A stretch of 64,000 nucleotides of DNA from Planctomycetota bacterium (GTDB lineage: Bacteria > Planctomycetota > UBA8108 > SXIK01), in contig CBDCXR010000004.1 of NCBI GenBank assembly GCA_965223845.1, forward strand, positions 6,816,001 to 6,880,000, written 5' to 3'. The notes below the pieces were generated by a model that was given only the letters and a program-made list of their open reading frames with translations, was not told where the DNA came from and made no database searches. A program made the translations under genes and the position numbers. This document shows positions 1 to 9,969 of the stretch, one piece after another. How positions within the stretch are numbered: the first letter of the stretch is position 1; each line of letters starts with the position of its first letter.

Positions 1-1
1 G

Positions 2-544
2 AACTGCGTCCGCTTCACCGAAGTCGCGCACGAGGGCATCGGCGAGCCACACGGGGAGACTCATCTCCGCCGCGCGTCGGGCGTTCGGTTCGTCCGGCCA
101 GCGGGCGTCCCCATCGGGTGGCGGCGTCGATCGAATCGCCTCGAGGAGGGGCTCGACGATCGCCTCTTCTTCGTCGGTCCACCGCGCGTCCGTCGCGGCC
201 TCGATCGATTCCTCGAGGGACCAGCCGGTGAGCCCGTCCCGCGAAAGGACGAGCAACTCGCCCAGTACCTCGACGCGCTCGGCGACGCCGCCGGCGCGAT
301 GTCCGGCGCCGAGCTCCGCCCGGCCGAGCCGGTCGGCCCACACCCGCCAGCCGGCTTCGCTCCGGGGGTGATGTCGGAGCCACGCGTAGGCGAGGCGACT
401 CACGGTGCGGCGATCGTGGCTGCCGAGGAACCGTCGCGCGCGGACGAATCGTCCGACCCGCGCGTCCGCGGGGAAAGGATCGCCGGGACGGGCGAGCTCG
501 ACGATGAGGTCGATGGCGACGCCGAGGAGAGATGCGGGCTTCAT
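2..544 (-). CDS. RsmB/NOP (Sun/Fmu) family SAM-dependent RNA methyltransferase, N-terminal part (runs off left edge)
   Basis: Not in the ORF track. Hand translation from ATG at 544 is open to the window edge: MKPASLLGVAIDLIVELARPGDPFPADARVGRFVRARRFLGSHDRRTVSRLAYAWLRH...EMSLPVWLADALVRDFGEADAV. 'R.LGS.DRR' and 'SLP.WL...L...FGE' are typical RsmB-family N-terminal motifs. Confidence 0.75.
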   Translation of the reverse strand, partial: MKPASLLGVAIDLIVELARPGDPFPADARVGRFVRARRFLGSHDRRTVSRLAYAWLRHHPRSEAGWRVWADRLGRAELGAGHRAGGVAERVEVLGELLVLSRDGLTGWSLEESIEAATDARWTDEEEAIVEPLLEAIRSTPPPDGDARWPDEPNARRAAEMSLPVWLADALVRDFGEADAV

Positions 545-820
545 GGCTTTCGGCCGACTCACGAGGGAAACGGCGCATTATCGGGATCGCCGCGATTCCG
601 AGCAAGCGCATCGCTCAGCTCGAGTCGGCGAAGGTATCCAGCTCCTGGACGATGCTTCGCCGCCTTCGCGTCTTCTCCCGCCCGACCGGAACGTCCCCGC
701 TGAGCGTGATAGACTTCTTCGGCAATCCCAAGGCCGACCGGGGTATCACCGACCCGGTGCGTCGATCCGACTCCATCCAACTGGTCCCAGAGCCTGGCCA
801 CGACTCTCCGGGGAACGCGA

Positions 821-1729
821 GTGACGCTAGAGACCGAACGGTTCGAAGAGCCGGACACGAAGACGCTCATCCTTCAGAGAAAGGACCTGAACGCCGTACT
901 CGAGAAAAAGAGTCCGGCGCTGATCGTGCTTCGCGGATCGGAGACGGGGCTGCGGATTTCGATCAAGAAGGATCGGGTCACTCTCGGACGAACAGTCGAC
1001 GCGGATATCGTGCTCAACGACAGCCGCGTTTCGCGACGCCACGCCGAGATCCGCTGGGACAACGAGGCGGGAGGCTACGTCGTCGAGGATCTCGGCAGCA
1101 CGAACGGCACCGGCGTCAACAATCGCGTGATCAGCTCCTGCCTCCTCGAGGACGGCGACAAGATCTTCGTCGGGGGGACGATCCTTCGCTTCGCGCTCCA
1201 GGACGAGGTCGACAGTCAGAGCAGCGATCTCTTCGATCAGCTGATGTTCCAGGACGATCTCACCGGGCTCGTCGTACGCCGCCGATTCGACAACGATCTT
1301 CGTGTCCTCCTTCAATCGGCGCGGGTGCAAGGCGAGTCCGTCGCGCTCCTCATGATGGACATGGATGGCCTCAAGAAGGTGAACGACAGCCACGGGCACC
1401 CCGTCGGAGCCTTCGTCATCTCTGAAGTCGGAAAGACGATCGGCGCGATCTGCAACACACGCGGGGCCGCGTGCCGCTACGGCGGCGACGAGTTCATCGC
1501 CTACATCGTCGGCGCGGATCGCAACGCGGGCATCGAGGTCGGCGAGCAGATCCGCGACGCGATTCGCTCCACCGTCCACCGGAAGGACGGAGTCGAGCTG
1601 CGCGTTTCGATTTCGATCGGGGTCGCGGTCTATCCCGGCGACGCGCAAACACCCGAGGACCTGACGCGCGCGGCCGACGAGGCGCTGTACCGCGCGAAGG
1701 AGCGCGGGCGCGACGCCGTGAGTATCTGA
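821..1729 (+). CDS. FHA-domain diguanylate cyclase (FHA + GGDEF)
   Basis: FHA motifs GR...VSRRHA...DLGSTNGT, then D.LTGL, DMDGLKKVNDSHGH.VG and an intact RYGGDEF. GTG start. Confidence 0.93.
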   Translation: MTLETERFEEPDTKTLILQRKDLNAVLEKKSPALIVLRGSETGLRISIKKDRVTLGRTVDADIVLNDSRVSRRHAEIRWDNEAGGYVVEDLGSTNGTGVNNRVISSCLLEDGDKIFVGGTILRFALQDEVDSQSSDLFDQLMFQDDLTGLVVRRRFDNDLRVLLQSARVQGESVALLMMDMDGLKKVNDSHGHPVGAFVISEVGKTIGAICNTRGAACRYGGDEFIAYIVGADRNAGIEVGEQIRDAIRSTVHRKDGVELRVSISIGVAVYPGDAQTPEDLTRAADEALYRAKERGRDAVSI

Positions 1730-1899
1730 GACCGAGCCCTCGCGCACGGCGCTCAGAGCGTAGAGAGCAGATCGTTTTCGCGGTGGTTCGCGAGCGCGAT
1801 GAACCGCCGTGCCGCCGCCGGAACGACCTGGCTCGCCGCCGCGCCGAGCGGTATTCTTGGGATCTTCACACTGGACCCCAAGAGTGCGGAGTACGGTTC

Positions 1900-4800
1900 A
1901 TGATATGTGCGGGATGGGGGCGGGCGGGGCGAGCGTATCTCGTCGGCGCGATCATTCTTGCCGGCGCGCCAGTCTTCGCGCTCGCGTTCCTTTTCGAGCG
2001 AGTGTTCGCGACTCGCCCTCTTCGACTCGGCATTCGGCGGCCGGCCGCATCCCGGCGAAATCGCTTTCGCATCTCGACTCTCGTCGGAGCGATCGTCCTC
2101 GCCTCGTCGCCGAGCTACGCACTCACGATCACCGAGGTCATGTACCACCCGTCGGCGGCGGCGACGGCGGCGGTTGGAGGGCGCAGCCTCGAGTGGTTCG
2201 AGCTCTACAACGAGACGCCGACGACGCTCAATCTTTCGGGTTACCGCGTCGTCGACGGAGTGGAGTTCGTCTTTCCCCACGATACGTATCTCCTCCCGTA
2301 CTCCTACCTCGTCGTTTGTGCCGACGCGGATGCCGTGCGCGAGCACTACGAGATCGACAACGTGATCGGGAACTTCACCGGTCTCCTCGACAACGGCGGC
2401 GAAGAAATCGAGGTCGCGATCTTCGGCGGCGGAACGGAAGTCCGGGTCGACTACTCCGACAGCGGTCAGTGGCCGCACGCCGCCGACGGCACGGGGCATT
2501 CGCTCTCGCTGAAGAACGTCTTCGCCGACACGCGCTCGAACGACAGCTGGGAGGCGAGTCTCGTCTTGGGCGGGACCCCCGGCGGGCCGAACACGGACGA
2601 GCCCCGGGTCGTCGACACGATTCTCATCGACGACGATGAGGAGTGGCGCTACCGCAAGGGCACGAGCGCGTATCCGTCTCAGTGGCGCAACCAAGGCTAC
2701 GACGACGGCTCGTGGTCTCGCGGACGAACCGGGATCGGCTACGGCGACGGCGACGACACCACCGTGCTCAGCGATATGTCCGGCGGATACTGGTCATTCG
2801 CGGCGCGGAAGGTGTTCAGCCTCTCGCAGAGCGAGATCGACGACATCGACGATCTCGTCTTTCAGATCAACTACGACGACGGCTTCGCCGCCTTCTTGAA
2901 CGGAACCGAGGTCGCGCGCGGGGCGCTCCCGGGTGCTTCCCCGCCGCCCCACAACCAGGCGGCGGATCTTCACGAAGCAGGAGGCTTCGAGGATTTCGTC
3001 ATTCCGACGGGACTTCTCGATGAGGGCGAGAACGTCCTCGCGGTTCAGATTCACAACAACACGCTCGGAAGCAGCGACGCGACCTTCATCCCGCGCCTCG
3101 CGAGTCGAAAGACGATCGTGCCGACGCCGACCGGGTCGCCCGTGCCGGTCGTCATCAACGAGTTCTTTGGACGCGCGGACACAGGCGGTTGGGTCGAGCT
3201 TCACAACCTTTCGAATGCCAGCGTCGACATCGGCGGATTTCACCTGAGCACCACTCGCTCCGTGCTCGACGAGTGGACGATCCCCGCCGGGACGATGCTC
3301 GGTTCGAAGGGTTTCGTCTCGTTTACGGCCGAGGAGACCGGCCTCGATTTCTCCGCCGATTTCGTTTCCGTGTTCTTCTCCCGGGGCGACCTCTCGCAAG
3401 TCGTCGACGCGCAGATCTTCGAGCGTGGCCTCGGCCACGTGCCGTCGCTCGAAGGGTACAGCGAGGCGCGATCACCGGATGGCACCGGGCGGTTCGCCGT
3501 CTCGACGATGCCGACGCCGGGGGCGGCGAACGAGGTCGAGGTCGAGACGGGCGTCGTGATCAATGAGATCCTCTACAATCCGCCGGCCGGTCGCGAAGGT
3601 CAGGAGTTCATCGAGATCACGAACATCGCCCCGGTGGCGATCGACCTCACCGGGTACCGCTTCAACCGCGGCGTGACGTACGAGTTCGAGCCGGGCGCGC
3701 AGATCCAGCCGGGCGAGTTCATCGTCATCGCGCGCGATCCGCCCGCGCTCGAGGCTGCGCACGGCATCGGCGGGGTGCTGGGGCCGTACGAGGGTGGGCT
3801 CTCCGACGGCGGCGAGCGCATTCGGCTCGTCGATCCCCTCGGGAACATCGCCGACGAGGTCCGGTACTTCGACGGCGGCGAGTGGTCGCGCTGGGCCGAC
3901 GGCGGCGGATCGAGCCTCGAGCTTCTCGATCCGCGCGCGGACAACTCGCTCGGAAGCGCGTGGACCGCGAGCGATGAATCGCCGAAGGCGACCTGGGAGA
4001 CCGTGAACTACTCGTTTACCTACTCGAGTCAAGCGGCGTCTGAGTTCCACATCATGATGCTCGCGGCCGGTGAAGCGCTCATCGACGATATCGAAGTGCG
4101 GCGCTCGTCGACTCAGTACATCGCGAACGGCAGCTTCGAGTCTTCGACGAGCGGCTGGATCATCGAGGGGAATCACGTCCAGTCTCACCGGACGACCGAC
4201 GACGCGTTCGACGGGAACGCCTGTCTTCGCATCGTCGCGACGGGAGACGGCGACACTCGCGTCAACCGCATCGAGCGCGAAACGTCCCCGAGCATGTCGA
4301 GCGGGTCGTACCAGGTCTCTCTCGCGCTCAAGTGGCAGCGCGGCGGGAATCTCATCTACTTCGGCAACTACAATCAACTTCCTAGTGCGCAGCACACTCA
4401 CTGGATGGAGTATCCGGCGGCGCTCGGCACGCCGGGGGCGCGGAACAGTACGGCCGTCGACAACCTCGGACCCGTGATCGGCGATGTGATGCACTCGCCC
4501 GCCGTGCCGACGGGAGGTCAACCCGTTCAGGTGGTTGCGCGCGTTGCGGACGCCGACGGCATCGATTACGTCCGCGTCCGCCATCGTACCGGTTCGGCGA
4601 GTGGGTCGATGTCGACGGTGGAGCTGTTCGACGACGGCGCTCACGGAGACGGGGAAGCGGGCGATGGGATTTTCGGCGGCGAGATCTCGGCGCGGTCGAG
4701 CGGCAATCGCGTCGTCTACTTCATCGAAACACGCGACGATCTCGGCGCGACCTGGCGGCATCCCGTCGAGGCGAACCGAACTCACGTCTACGTCCACGAT

Positions 4801-6705
4801 TCGCCGTTCGCCGCGTCGAGCTTCCGCGTCCGCATCGTGCACGACGATGCGACCTGGAACGAGCTCAACTCGCGCCGGCTGCACTCGAATGAGCTTCTCG
4901 ACGCGACCTTCATCTTCAACGAGAGCCAGGTGTACTACAACGTCGGCACTCGTTTCCGCGGTAGCCCCTGGAACCGGCCGCCGTCCGCGCGGATGTACCG
5001 GGCGAAGTTCCCCGCAGACAGGCACCTCCACGGCGATCGTCGCGCGGTCAACATGAGCCGCTACGGGAACGAGCACGACGAGCGAGCGGCGTACTACTCG
5101 GTGTGGCGAAACTCGACGCCCTCGTCGACCTCGCCCATGAGTCGTGGATCGTTCGCGCGCTTGAAGACGAACAGCCGAACGGACTCGATGGAGATGGTCG
5201 ACCCGGTGAACCGCGACTATACGCGCCTGTGGTTCCCGGGCGACAGCGACGGAATCGCTTACAAGATCACCGGGAAGATCCTCTTCAACGATTCCGGCGA
5301 TCAGATTCCCCCGCCGGCGTGGGCGACGTATTCGAATCGAGGGTCGAACCCCGCCAGCTACCGGTGGAACTACAACCATCGCACGCGGGAGCTCGAGAAC
5401 GACTACACCCCGATCGCGCGCCTGATGGCGCGAATCAACGGGGGGACGACCGTTCTCGACGAGACTCTCGAGGAGATCATGGATGTCGAGCAGTTCTTGC
5501 GCGTGTACGCGGCGCGCTGCGCGCACGACGACTGGGACACGATTTCGATCGGGAACGGGCAGAACGCCTACTTCTACTGGGCGTCGAACGAAGGGCGGAT
5601 GAAGCTCCTGCCCTGGGATCTGGATCACAGCTGGGGAAACACCGGCAGTCGCATTTATCCCGACGCCGACGGTTCCTTCGCGCGGATTCTCGCTCGCCCC
5701 AAGTACCGCCGCATGTACTGGGGCATCCTCAACGAGATGGTGAACGGGCTCGACGGGAAGCCGGGCTACTGGACGGCAAGCGAGCTCGTCTCGAAGTTCA
5801 TCGTGCCTACGCACGACGTCGTGGGCGGCGACGGAGTCTCGAGCGGCTCGGTCTCCAAGGTGAGAAACTTCATCAACTCTCGCCGCGGCAGTCTCGCGGG
5901 CCAGCTTCCGGCGCAGCGGGAGTTCCGCGTGACGACAGCGGATGGACAGACAGTGAACGACACCGAGATGGAGGTGAACGGCGAAGCCTGGGTCGACGTC
6001 CACGCGATCGTCGTGAACGGTGATCCCGCGGTCCTCAGTTGGCCCGGGACGACGCGCTGGCGGACGACGATCCCGCTCGGCCTCGGTGAGAACGAGCTCG
6101 ACTTCGTCGCGTTCGATGCCGAGGGGAACTTCATCGCGACCGACTCGATCACGGCGACGAGCACGGCGGGTTGGAATCCACCGGAGATCAGCGCGATCCA
6201 GCCGGGAGCGGCGATGCCGACGACCGAGATCACGCTCACCGGTACCGAATTCCACGACGGCATCCGCGTCTACTTCGACGGCTTGGAAGCCGACGCCGTC
6301 GTCTTCGACGAAGGGACGAACCCCAGCGAGGCGACGGCGGTGATTCCGCTGATCGATCCGGGGGTCGTCGCGGTGACGGTGCAGAACGTCGACGGGCGGA
6401 CGTCAGCGCCGTTTCAGTTCACCGTCGATCCGCTTCCTCCCCTCTTCGTTCGAGGCGATGCGAACTTGAGCGGTCTCGTCGAGATCGGAGATCCGCTCAA
6501 GATCCTCCTCCACCTGTTCGCGGGCGTCGCGATCGGCTGCAGGGACGCAGCGGATGCGAACAACGACGAGGCTCTCGATATCTCCGACGCGATGATGCTG
6601 CTCGAGTTCCAGTTCCAGGAAGGTCCGGCACCGAGCGCTCCGTTCCCGGACGCCTGGTTCGAACCGCTGGCGGAGGGGCCTCTCGATTGCGCGAGCGGCG
6701 AGTGA
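1900..6705 (+). CDS. Large secreted protein: lamin-tail domains + CotH kinase + IPT/TIG + dockerin-like C-terminus
   Basis: Three LTD-like units (ITEVMYHP..EWFELYN; VINEF..WVELHN; VINEILYNP..EFIEITN). Choice-of-anchor-X-like LFDDGAHGDGEAGDGIFGG. CotH motifs (RFRGS, DWD..NGQNAYFY, LLPWDLDHSWG). IPT domain. C-terminal FVRGDAN...CRDAADANNDEALDISD. True start uncertain (1900 ATG or a later GTG; signal peptide ends ...SPSYA). Confidence 0.88.
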   Translation: MICAGWGRAGRAYLVGAIILAGAPVFALAFLFERVFATRPLRLGIRRPAASRRNRFRISTLVGAIVLASSPSYALTITEVMYHPSAAATAAVGGRSLEWFELYNETPTTLNLSGYRVVDGVEFVFPHDTYLLPYSYLVVCADADAVREHYEIDNVIGNFTGLLDNGGEEIEVAIFGGGTEVRVDYSDSGQWPHAADGTGHSLSLKNVFADTRSNDSWEASLVLGGTPGGPNTDEPRVVDTILIDDDEEWRYRKGTSAYPSQWRNQGYDDGSWSRGRTGIGYGDGDDTTVLSDMSGGYWSFAARKVFSLSQSEIDDIDDLVFQINYDDGFAAFLNGTEVARGALPGASPPPHNQAADLHEAGGFEDFVIPTGLLDEGENVLAVQIHNNTLGSSDATFIPRLASRKTIVPTPTGSPVPVVINEFFGRADTGGWVELHNLSNASVDIGGFHLSTTRSVLDEWTIPAGTMLGSKGFVSFTAEETGLDFSADFVSVFFSRGDLSQVVDAQIFERGLGHVPSLEGYSEARSPDGTGRFAVSTMPTPGAANEVEVETGVVINEILYNPPAGREGQEFIEITNIAPVAIDLTGYRFNRGVTYEFEPGAQIQPGEFIVIARDPPALEAAHGIGGVLGPYEGGLSDGGERIRLVDPLGNIADEVRYFDGGEWSRWADGGGSSLELLDPRADNSLGSAWTASDESPKATWETVNYSFTYSSQAASEFHIMMLAAGEALIDDIEVRRSSTQYIANGSFESSTSGWIIEGNHVQSHRTTDDAFDGNACLRIVATGDGDTRVNRIERETSPSMSSGSYQVSLALKWQRGGNLIYFGNYNQLPSAQHTHWMEYPAALGTPGARNSTAVDNLGPVIGDVMHSPAVPTGGQPVQVVARVADADGIDYVRVRHRTGSASGSMSTVELFDDGAHGDGEAGDGIFGGEISARSSGNRVVYFIETRDDLGATWRHPVEANRTHVYVHDSPFAASSFRVRIVHDDATWNELNSRRLHSNELLDATFIFNESQVYYNVGTRFRGSPWNRPPSARMYRAKFPADRHLHGDRRAVNMSRYGNEHDERAAYYSVWRNSTPSSTSPMSRGSFARLKTNSRTDSMEMVDPVNRDYTRLWFPGDSDGIAYKITGKILFNDSGDQIPPPAWATYSNRGSNPASYRWNYNHRTRELENDYTPIARLMARINGGTTVLDETLEEIMDVEQFLRVYAARCAHDDWDTISIGNGQNAYFYWASNEGRMKLLPWDLDHSWGNTGSRIYPDADGSFARILARPKYRRMYWGILNEMVNGLDGKPGYWTASELVSKFIVPTHDVVGGDGVSSGSVSKVRNFINSRRGSLAGQLPAQREFRVTTADGQTVNDTEMEVNGEAWVDVHAIVVNGDPAVLSWPGTTRWRTTIPLGLGENELDFVAFDAEGNFIATDSITATSTAGWNPPEISAIQPGAAMPTTEITLTGTEFHDGIRVYFDGLEADAVVFDEGTNPSEATAVIPLIDPGVVAVTVQNVDGRTSAPFQFTVDPLPPLFVRGDANLSGLVEIGDPLKILLHLFAGVAIGCRDAADANNDEALDISDAMMLLEFQFQEGPAPSAPFPDAWFEPLAEGPLDCASGE

Positions 6706-6724
6706 GTTTCCGTCGGCCCGTCGC

Positions 6725-7462
6725 TCAGGACTTCACCCAGCGTCGCGAATCGACCTCGTAGCGAAGACTCGGAGCCTGTTCACCCCCCGAGTCGACCGTG
6801 AAGGTGCCGGGCGGAGCATTCATCTCCGACGGGGCATCGGGCGTCGTCGAGGGAGTCGACGCCAGCGAGGTGCTCGGGGCTAGGTGGACGACACCGTCGG
6901 CCGTTTCGAGTCGAACGGGGAGTGGAAACACCGCCGCGTCCGGCTCTCCGAGGACGACGAGCGAAACCTCGCCTCGCCGCTCTCCCGCCTGCGCGACGAC
7001 GAGTCGACCGAGGTGGTCGTCGCCTTCGCTTCGCTCGAGAAAGAAGACGGCAGCTCGGGGAAAGATCTGCCGGAGCTCGCCGCTCTCCGCGAACACGAAG
7101 AGATCGCTGAGGAGCGGGGCGTCGCCTCGATCGCGCGCGCCGCGGACGACGTGCCACGTCTCGCTCTCCGTTTCGGAAGCCCCCGTCTCCTCCCGCCGGC
7201 GGGCGATGCGCGTCTGCGCATACGCGGCGCCGTGAGCGTTGTCACGCGCGTCGGTCACGTAGTCGCGCGCGCGACCGTAGCTCTTGTTCGCGCGCAGGAG
7301 ACCGAGAAAAGCGGCGAGGCGCGGACCGGGTCCCGCCGCGAGATCCTCGACGAAACGCGGCGTCATCTTCGTGTAGAACGTCGCGTTGAGAATGACGCCA
7401 CCCACCGCGAGCGCGACGAGGATGACGACGATGATCGGACCGGAGAAGGAGCGTCGGGACAT
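6725..7462 (-). CDS. Hypothetical membrane-anchored/exported protein
   Basis: MSRRSFSGPIIVVILVALAVGGVIL N-terminal TM/signal segment. Starts 32 nt after the stop of the VWA gene on the same strand. Confidence 0.65.
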   Translation of the reverse strand: MSRRSFSGPIIVVILVALAVGGVILNATFYTKMTPRFVEDLAAGPGPRLAAFLGLLRANKSYGRARDYVTDARDNAHGAAYAQTRIARRREETGASETESETWHVVRGARDRGDAPLLSDLFVFAESGELRQIFPRAAVFFLERSEGDDHLGRLVVAQAGERRGEVSLVVLGEPDAAVFPLPVRLETADGVVHLAPSTSLASTPSTTPDAPSEMNAPPGTFTVDSGGEQAPSLRYEVDSRRWVKS

Positions 7463-7494
7463 GCAGAACGGATTCGAGGGCGGACGAACGTCGC

Positions 7495-9873
7495 TCAGAT
7501 GAGAACGCTGCGTTTTCTGAGCACCCACTCGGCGAAGAGTAGAGACAGTATGACCGCCGCGATGATCTCGGGAAAGTCCCAGAGGGCGACGGTGATGGTT
7601 CGTTCGCGCGTGACGGGCGACGAGTCGACGAGGCTCGGGAGCTCGTCGAGACTCGAGAGCGGGATCGTGACGCCGCCCCCGGCGCTCGCGAGTTGCTCGA
7701 GCGCCGCGCGGTCGCACCACGCATCGAGTGCCTCGGGATCCGTCTCGGGGTGGATCGTGAACTCGAGCTCCGCGGCGCCGGTTCGTTCGTCGTATCCCTC
7801 GAGGTGAGGAAGGCGCAGCCTCACGCGCACTGCCCACGCTTCGGCGAACGGATCCGGGGCGACGGCCAGAAGCTCAGTCGCGTCGATTTCGGCGCGGTAG
7901 CGATGGCTCGCCGCCGGACGGAGGTCGATCGAACGCGTCTCCGGCGCCGCCCCTTCGCTCTCTGGTTCGTCCCCGCGAACAGTGACGATCGCCTCGATCG
8001 GGACGCGCGGTTCGGGAAGTCGAGCGCGAAGGGCGGTCTCGATCACGATCGTCTCCCGCGCGCCGTAGCTCGCGCGAGACGCGGCGATCCACGCCGCGTC
8101 GTCGCGCGCGCTGGCGGGTTCGCCGAGTCCCCAGCGGACGACGCGGCGCCAGAACCGCTCGAACAGCTCATCGCCGACGCGGTACCGCCAGCGCCAGGTC
8201 GAGTCGATCCCGACGTAGAGAACTCTTCCCGCGCCGAAGGGCTTCTCGACGACGACGGCTCCGCGCTCGGAGAGAAAGCTCTCCGCCGCGCGCGTGTCAC
8301 CGCCGGACTCCGAGCCGATGACCGCCGCGCCCGGAAGACGCGGGAGCGAGGTTCGCCCGACGGTCGCGAGAGTGCGAGCGCCCTCGGCGACTCCGCCGAT
8401 CGGTGAAAACCAGTAGTGCTCGGGGAGGAGCTCCCAGAGCTCCGCGTTGCGTTCGACATCGGGAACGAGGCGCGCGAGCGCGGCGGCTTCGCCGGCTCGA
8501 GTGAGCGCGAGCGAGATTCCCGGTCGGGCGATCGAAGCTCCGAGCTGAGCGGCGGGAAGCGGCGTCGCCGGTGCCACCGGGAGGAGCTCGGCGAGCGGCG
8601 TGTCGAGCCACGCGTACGGGAGGTACTCTTCGCCGGCGATGAGAACGAGCGCGTTGCCGTCGAGTTCGATCGAGCGGGAGAGCGATTCGATCCAGTCTCG
8701 CGGGACACTTCGAGGCGAGACATCGCCGAGGATGACGACGCGGTAGGGCGAGAGCCCCGCTGCACTCGCGGGGAAGCCCTCGGGGACCTGCGTCGCGCTT
8801 TCCTCGGTGAGCAGAAACTCGTGTGCGATGATCGTCTCGTCTCTGCGCCAGCCATCGCGGAGGTAGCGCCACTCCCAGCGGGGGCGGCCATCGAGGAGGA
8901 GAACTTGCGCCGCGCGCGGGCGGACGTGCGCGCGAACGCGTCGCTGATCGACGACGGGGGACGCGTCGCCGGCGAGGAGCTGGACGTCGTAGTCGCGAAC
9001 GCCCGGTACGCCAGCGACGAAGTCGAGATGCACGACGGCCCCTTCCCGCCGGTCGGAGATATCGACGGATCGTTCGGCCACCGTCGCTCCAGCGGAGTCC
9101 GTGAGTCGAAGCCGTCCGGCGGGCGGCGCGTCGCCCGTGCGCCGGATCCGTACGACGAGCGTCGCGGGCTCGTGCTCGAACGGGTCGCGGAGAACGCGGA
9201 CCGAGAGGATCCTCACTTCGCTCGGAATCTCCGCGGGTCCGCACGCGACGGCGACGACGCGAGCCCCGAAGTCCCGGAGAACCGCCGCGCGGTCCGCCAT
9301 CGGTTCCGCGCCGTGATCGTGACCATCGGAGAAAACGACGACGGTATCGAGCGCACCGCTCCGGGCAGGTTCGTCAAGCCCGGCGAGGCTCGCCGCGAGA
9401 TCCGTCGATTCTCGCGGGCGCGGCAAGGCGCGGAGCGCGTCGGCGAAGCGGGGGACGGTGTCCGATGTCGCGACGGGACGGAGGCGATCCGACGCCGCGT
9501 GGAGCGACCAGCGAAAGTTCCCGAGCCACGACGCGATGGGCTCGTTGCCGAGCTGCGCGCGAACGCGCTCGAGCCGCGGCTCCGCGCCCTCCGTCGCGCT
9601 CTCCGGCAATCCCATGCTCCGCGACGTGTCGACGACGATCGCGAGCGGACGCGGTTCCGGTCGCGTCTCTGTCCAAGTTCGCCGCATGTCGCAAAGGAGG
9701 ACGACGATCGATGCGCAGAGCGTGAGGCGCAGCGCGAGGAGGATTCGACCGACCAGGGGTGAGACGCGCCGCCGGTCACTCCGGTAGAGCGCGACGATGA
9801 AGACCGCGCAGACGACGAAGAGCCCCGCGGCGAACGGCGCGGACAGCAAATGCGACGAGAGACCGGGAATCAT
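7495..9873 (-). CDS. Membrane protein with VWA, Ig-like and glutamine-amidotransferase-like domains (MoxR/Bat-associated)
   Basis: Two N-terminal TMs; MIDAS DTSRSM...STDL...VVVFSDG; VLLLDGRPRWEWRYLR; GAGRVLYVGIDSTWRWR; C-terminal TM ...LLFAEWVLRKR. Confidence 0.85.
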   Translation of the reverse strand: MIPGLSSHLLSAPFAAGLFVVCAVFIVALYRSDRRRVSPLVGRILLALRLTLCASIVVLLCDMRRTWTETRPEPRPLAIVVDTSRSMGLPESATEGAEPRLERVRAQLGNEPIASWLGNFRWSLHAASDRLRPVATSDTVPRFADALRALPRPRESTDLAASLAGLDEPARSGALDTVVVFSDGHDHGAEPMADRAAVLRDFGARVVAVACGPAEIPSEVRILSVRVLRDPFEHEPATLVVRIRRTGDAPPAGRLRLTDSAGATVAERSVDISDRREGAVVHLDFVAGVPGVRDYDVQLLAGDASPVVDQRRVRAHVRPRAAQVLLLDGRPRWEWRYLRDGWRRDETIIAHEFLLTEESATQVPEGFPASAAGLSPYRVVILGDVSPRSVPRDWIESLSRSIELDGNALVLIAGEEYLPYAWLDTPLAELLPVAPATPLPAAQLGASIARPGISLALTRAGEAAALARLVPDVERNAELWELLPEHYWFSPIGGVAEGARTLATVGRTSLPRLPGAAVIGSESGGDTRAAESFLSERGAVVVEKPFGAGRVLYVGIDSTWRWRYRVGDELFERFWRRVVRWGLGEPASARDDAAWIAASRASYGARETIVIETALRARLPEPRVPIEAIVTVRGDEPESEGAAPETRSIDLRPAASHRYRAEIDATELLAVAPDPFAEAWAVRVRLRLPHLEGYDERTGAAELEFTIHPETDPEALDAWCDRAALEQLASAGGGVTIPLSSLDELPSLVDSSPVTRERTITVALWDFPEIIAAVILSLLFAEWVLRKRSVLI

Positions 9874-9925
9874 CGCGAGACGCCGACCCGCGCGCCCCGG
9901 TTCGGTGCTTCACATCGCGCGGGTG

Positions 9926-9937
9926 AGCCTATAGGCT
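9926..9937. promoter_or_regulatory. Palindrome AGCCTATAGGCT giving a TAGGCT -10-like hexamer on both strands, between the divergent VWA gene and lgt
   Basis: Perfect 12-bp palindrome in the 96-bp divergent intergenic gap. TAGGCT matches TANNNT. Confidence 0.4.
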
Positions 9938-9969
9938 TCTCGCGTTCACCGCCCGCGCGTCGAGGATCC

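Noticed and set aside
627-661. Imperfect inverted repeat GGCGAAG..TCCAG-CTC-CTGGA..CTTCGCC as a REP/MITE
   Set aside because: No second copy seen in the window and no target-site duplication.
3472-6255. Long antisense/alternative-frame ORFs (e.g. 927 aa here; also 44686-47166, 53652-55544, 35153-36982, 30487-32145)
   Set aside because: Arg/Ala/Pro-rich shadows of well-supported genes, expected at this GC content.
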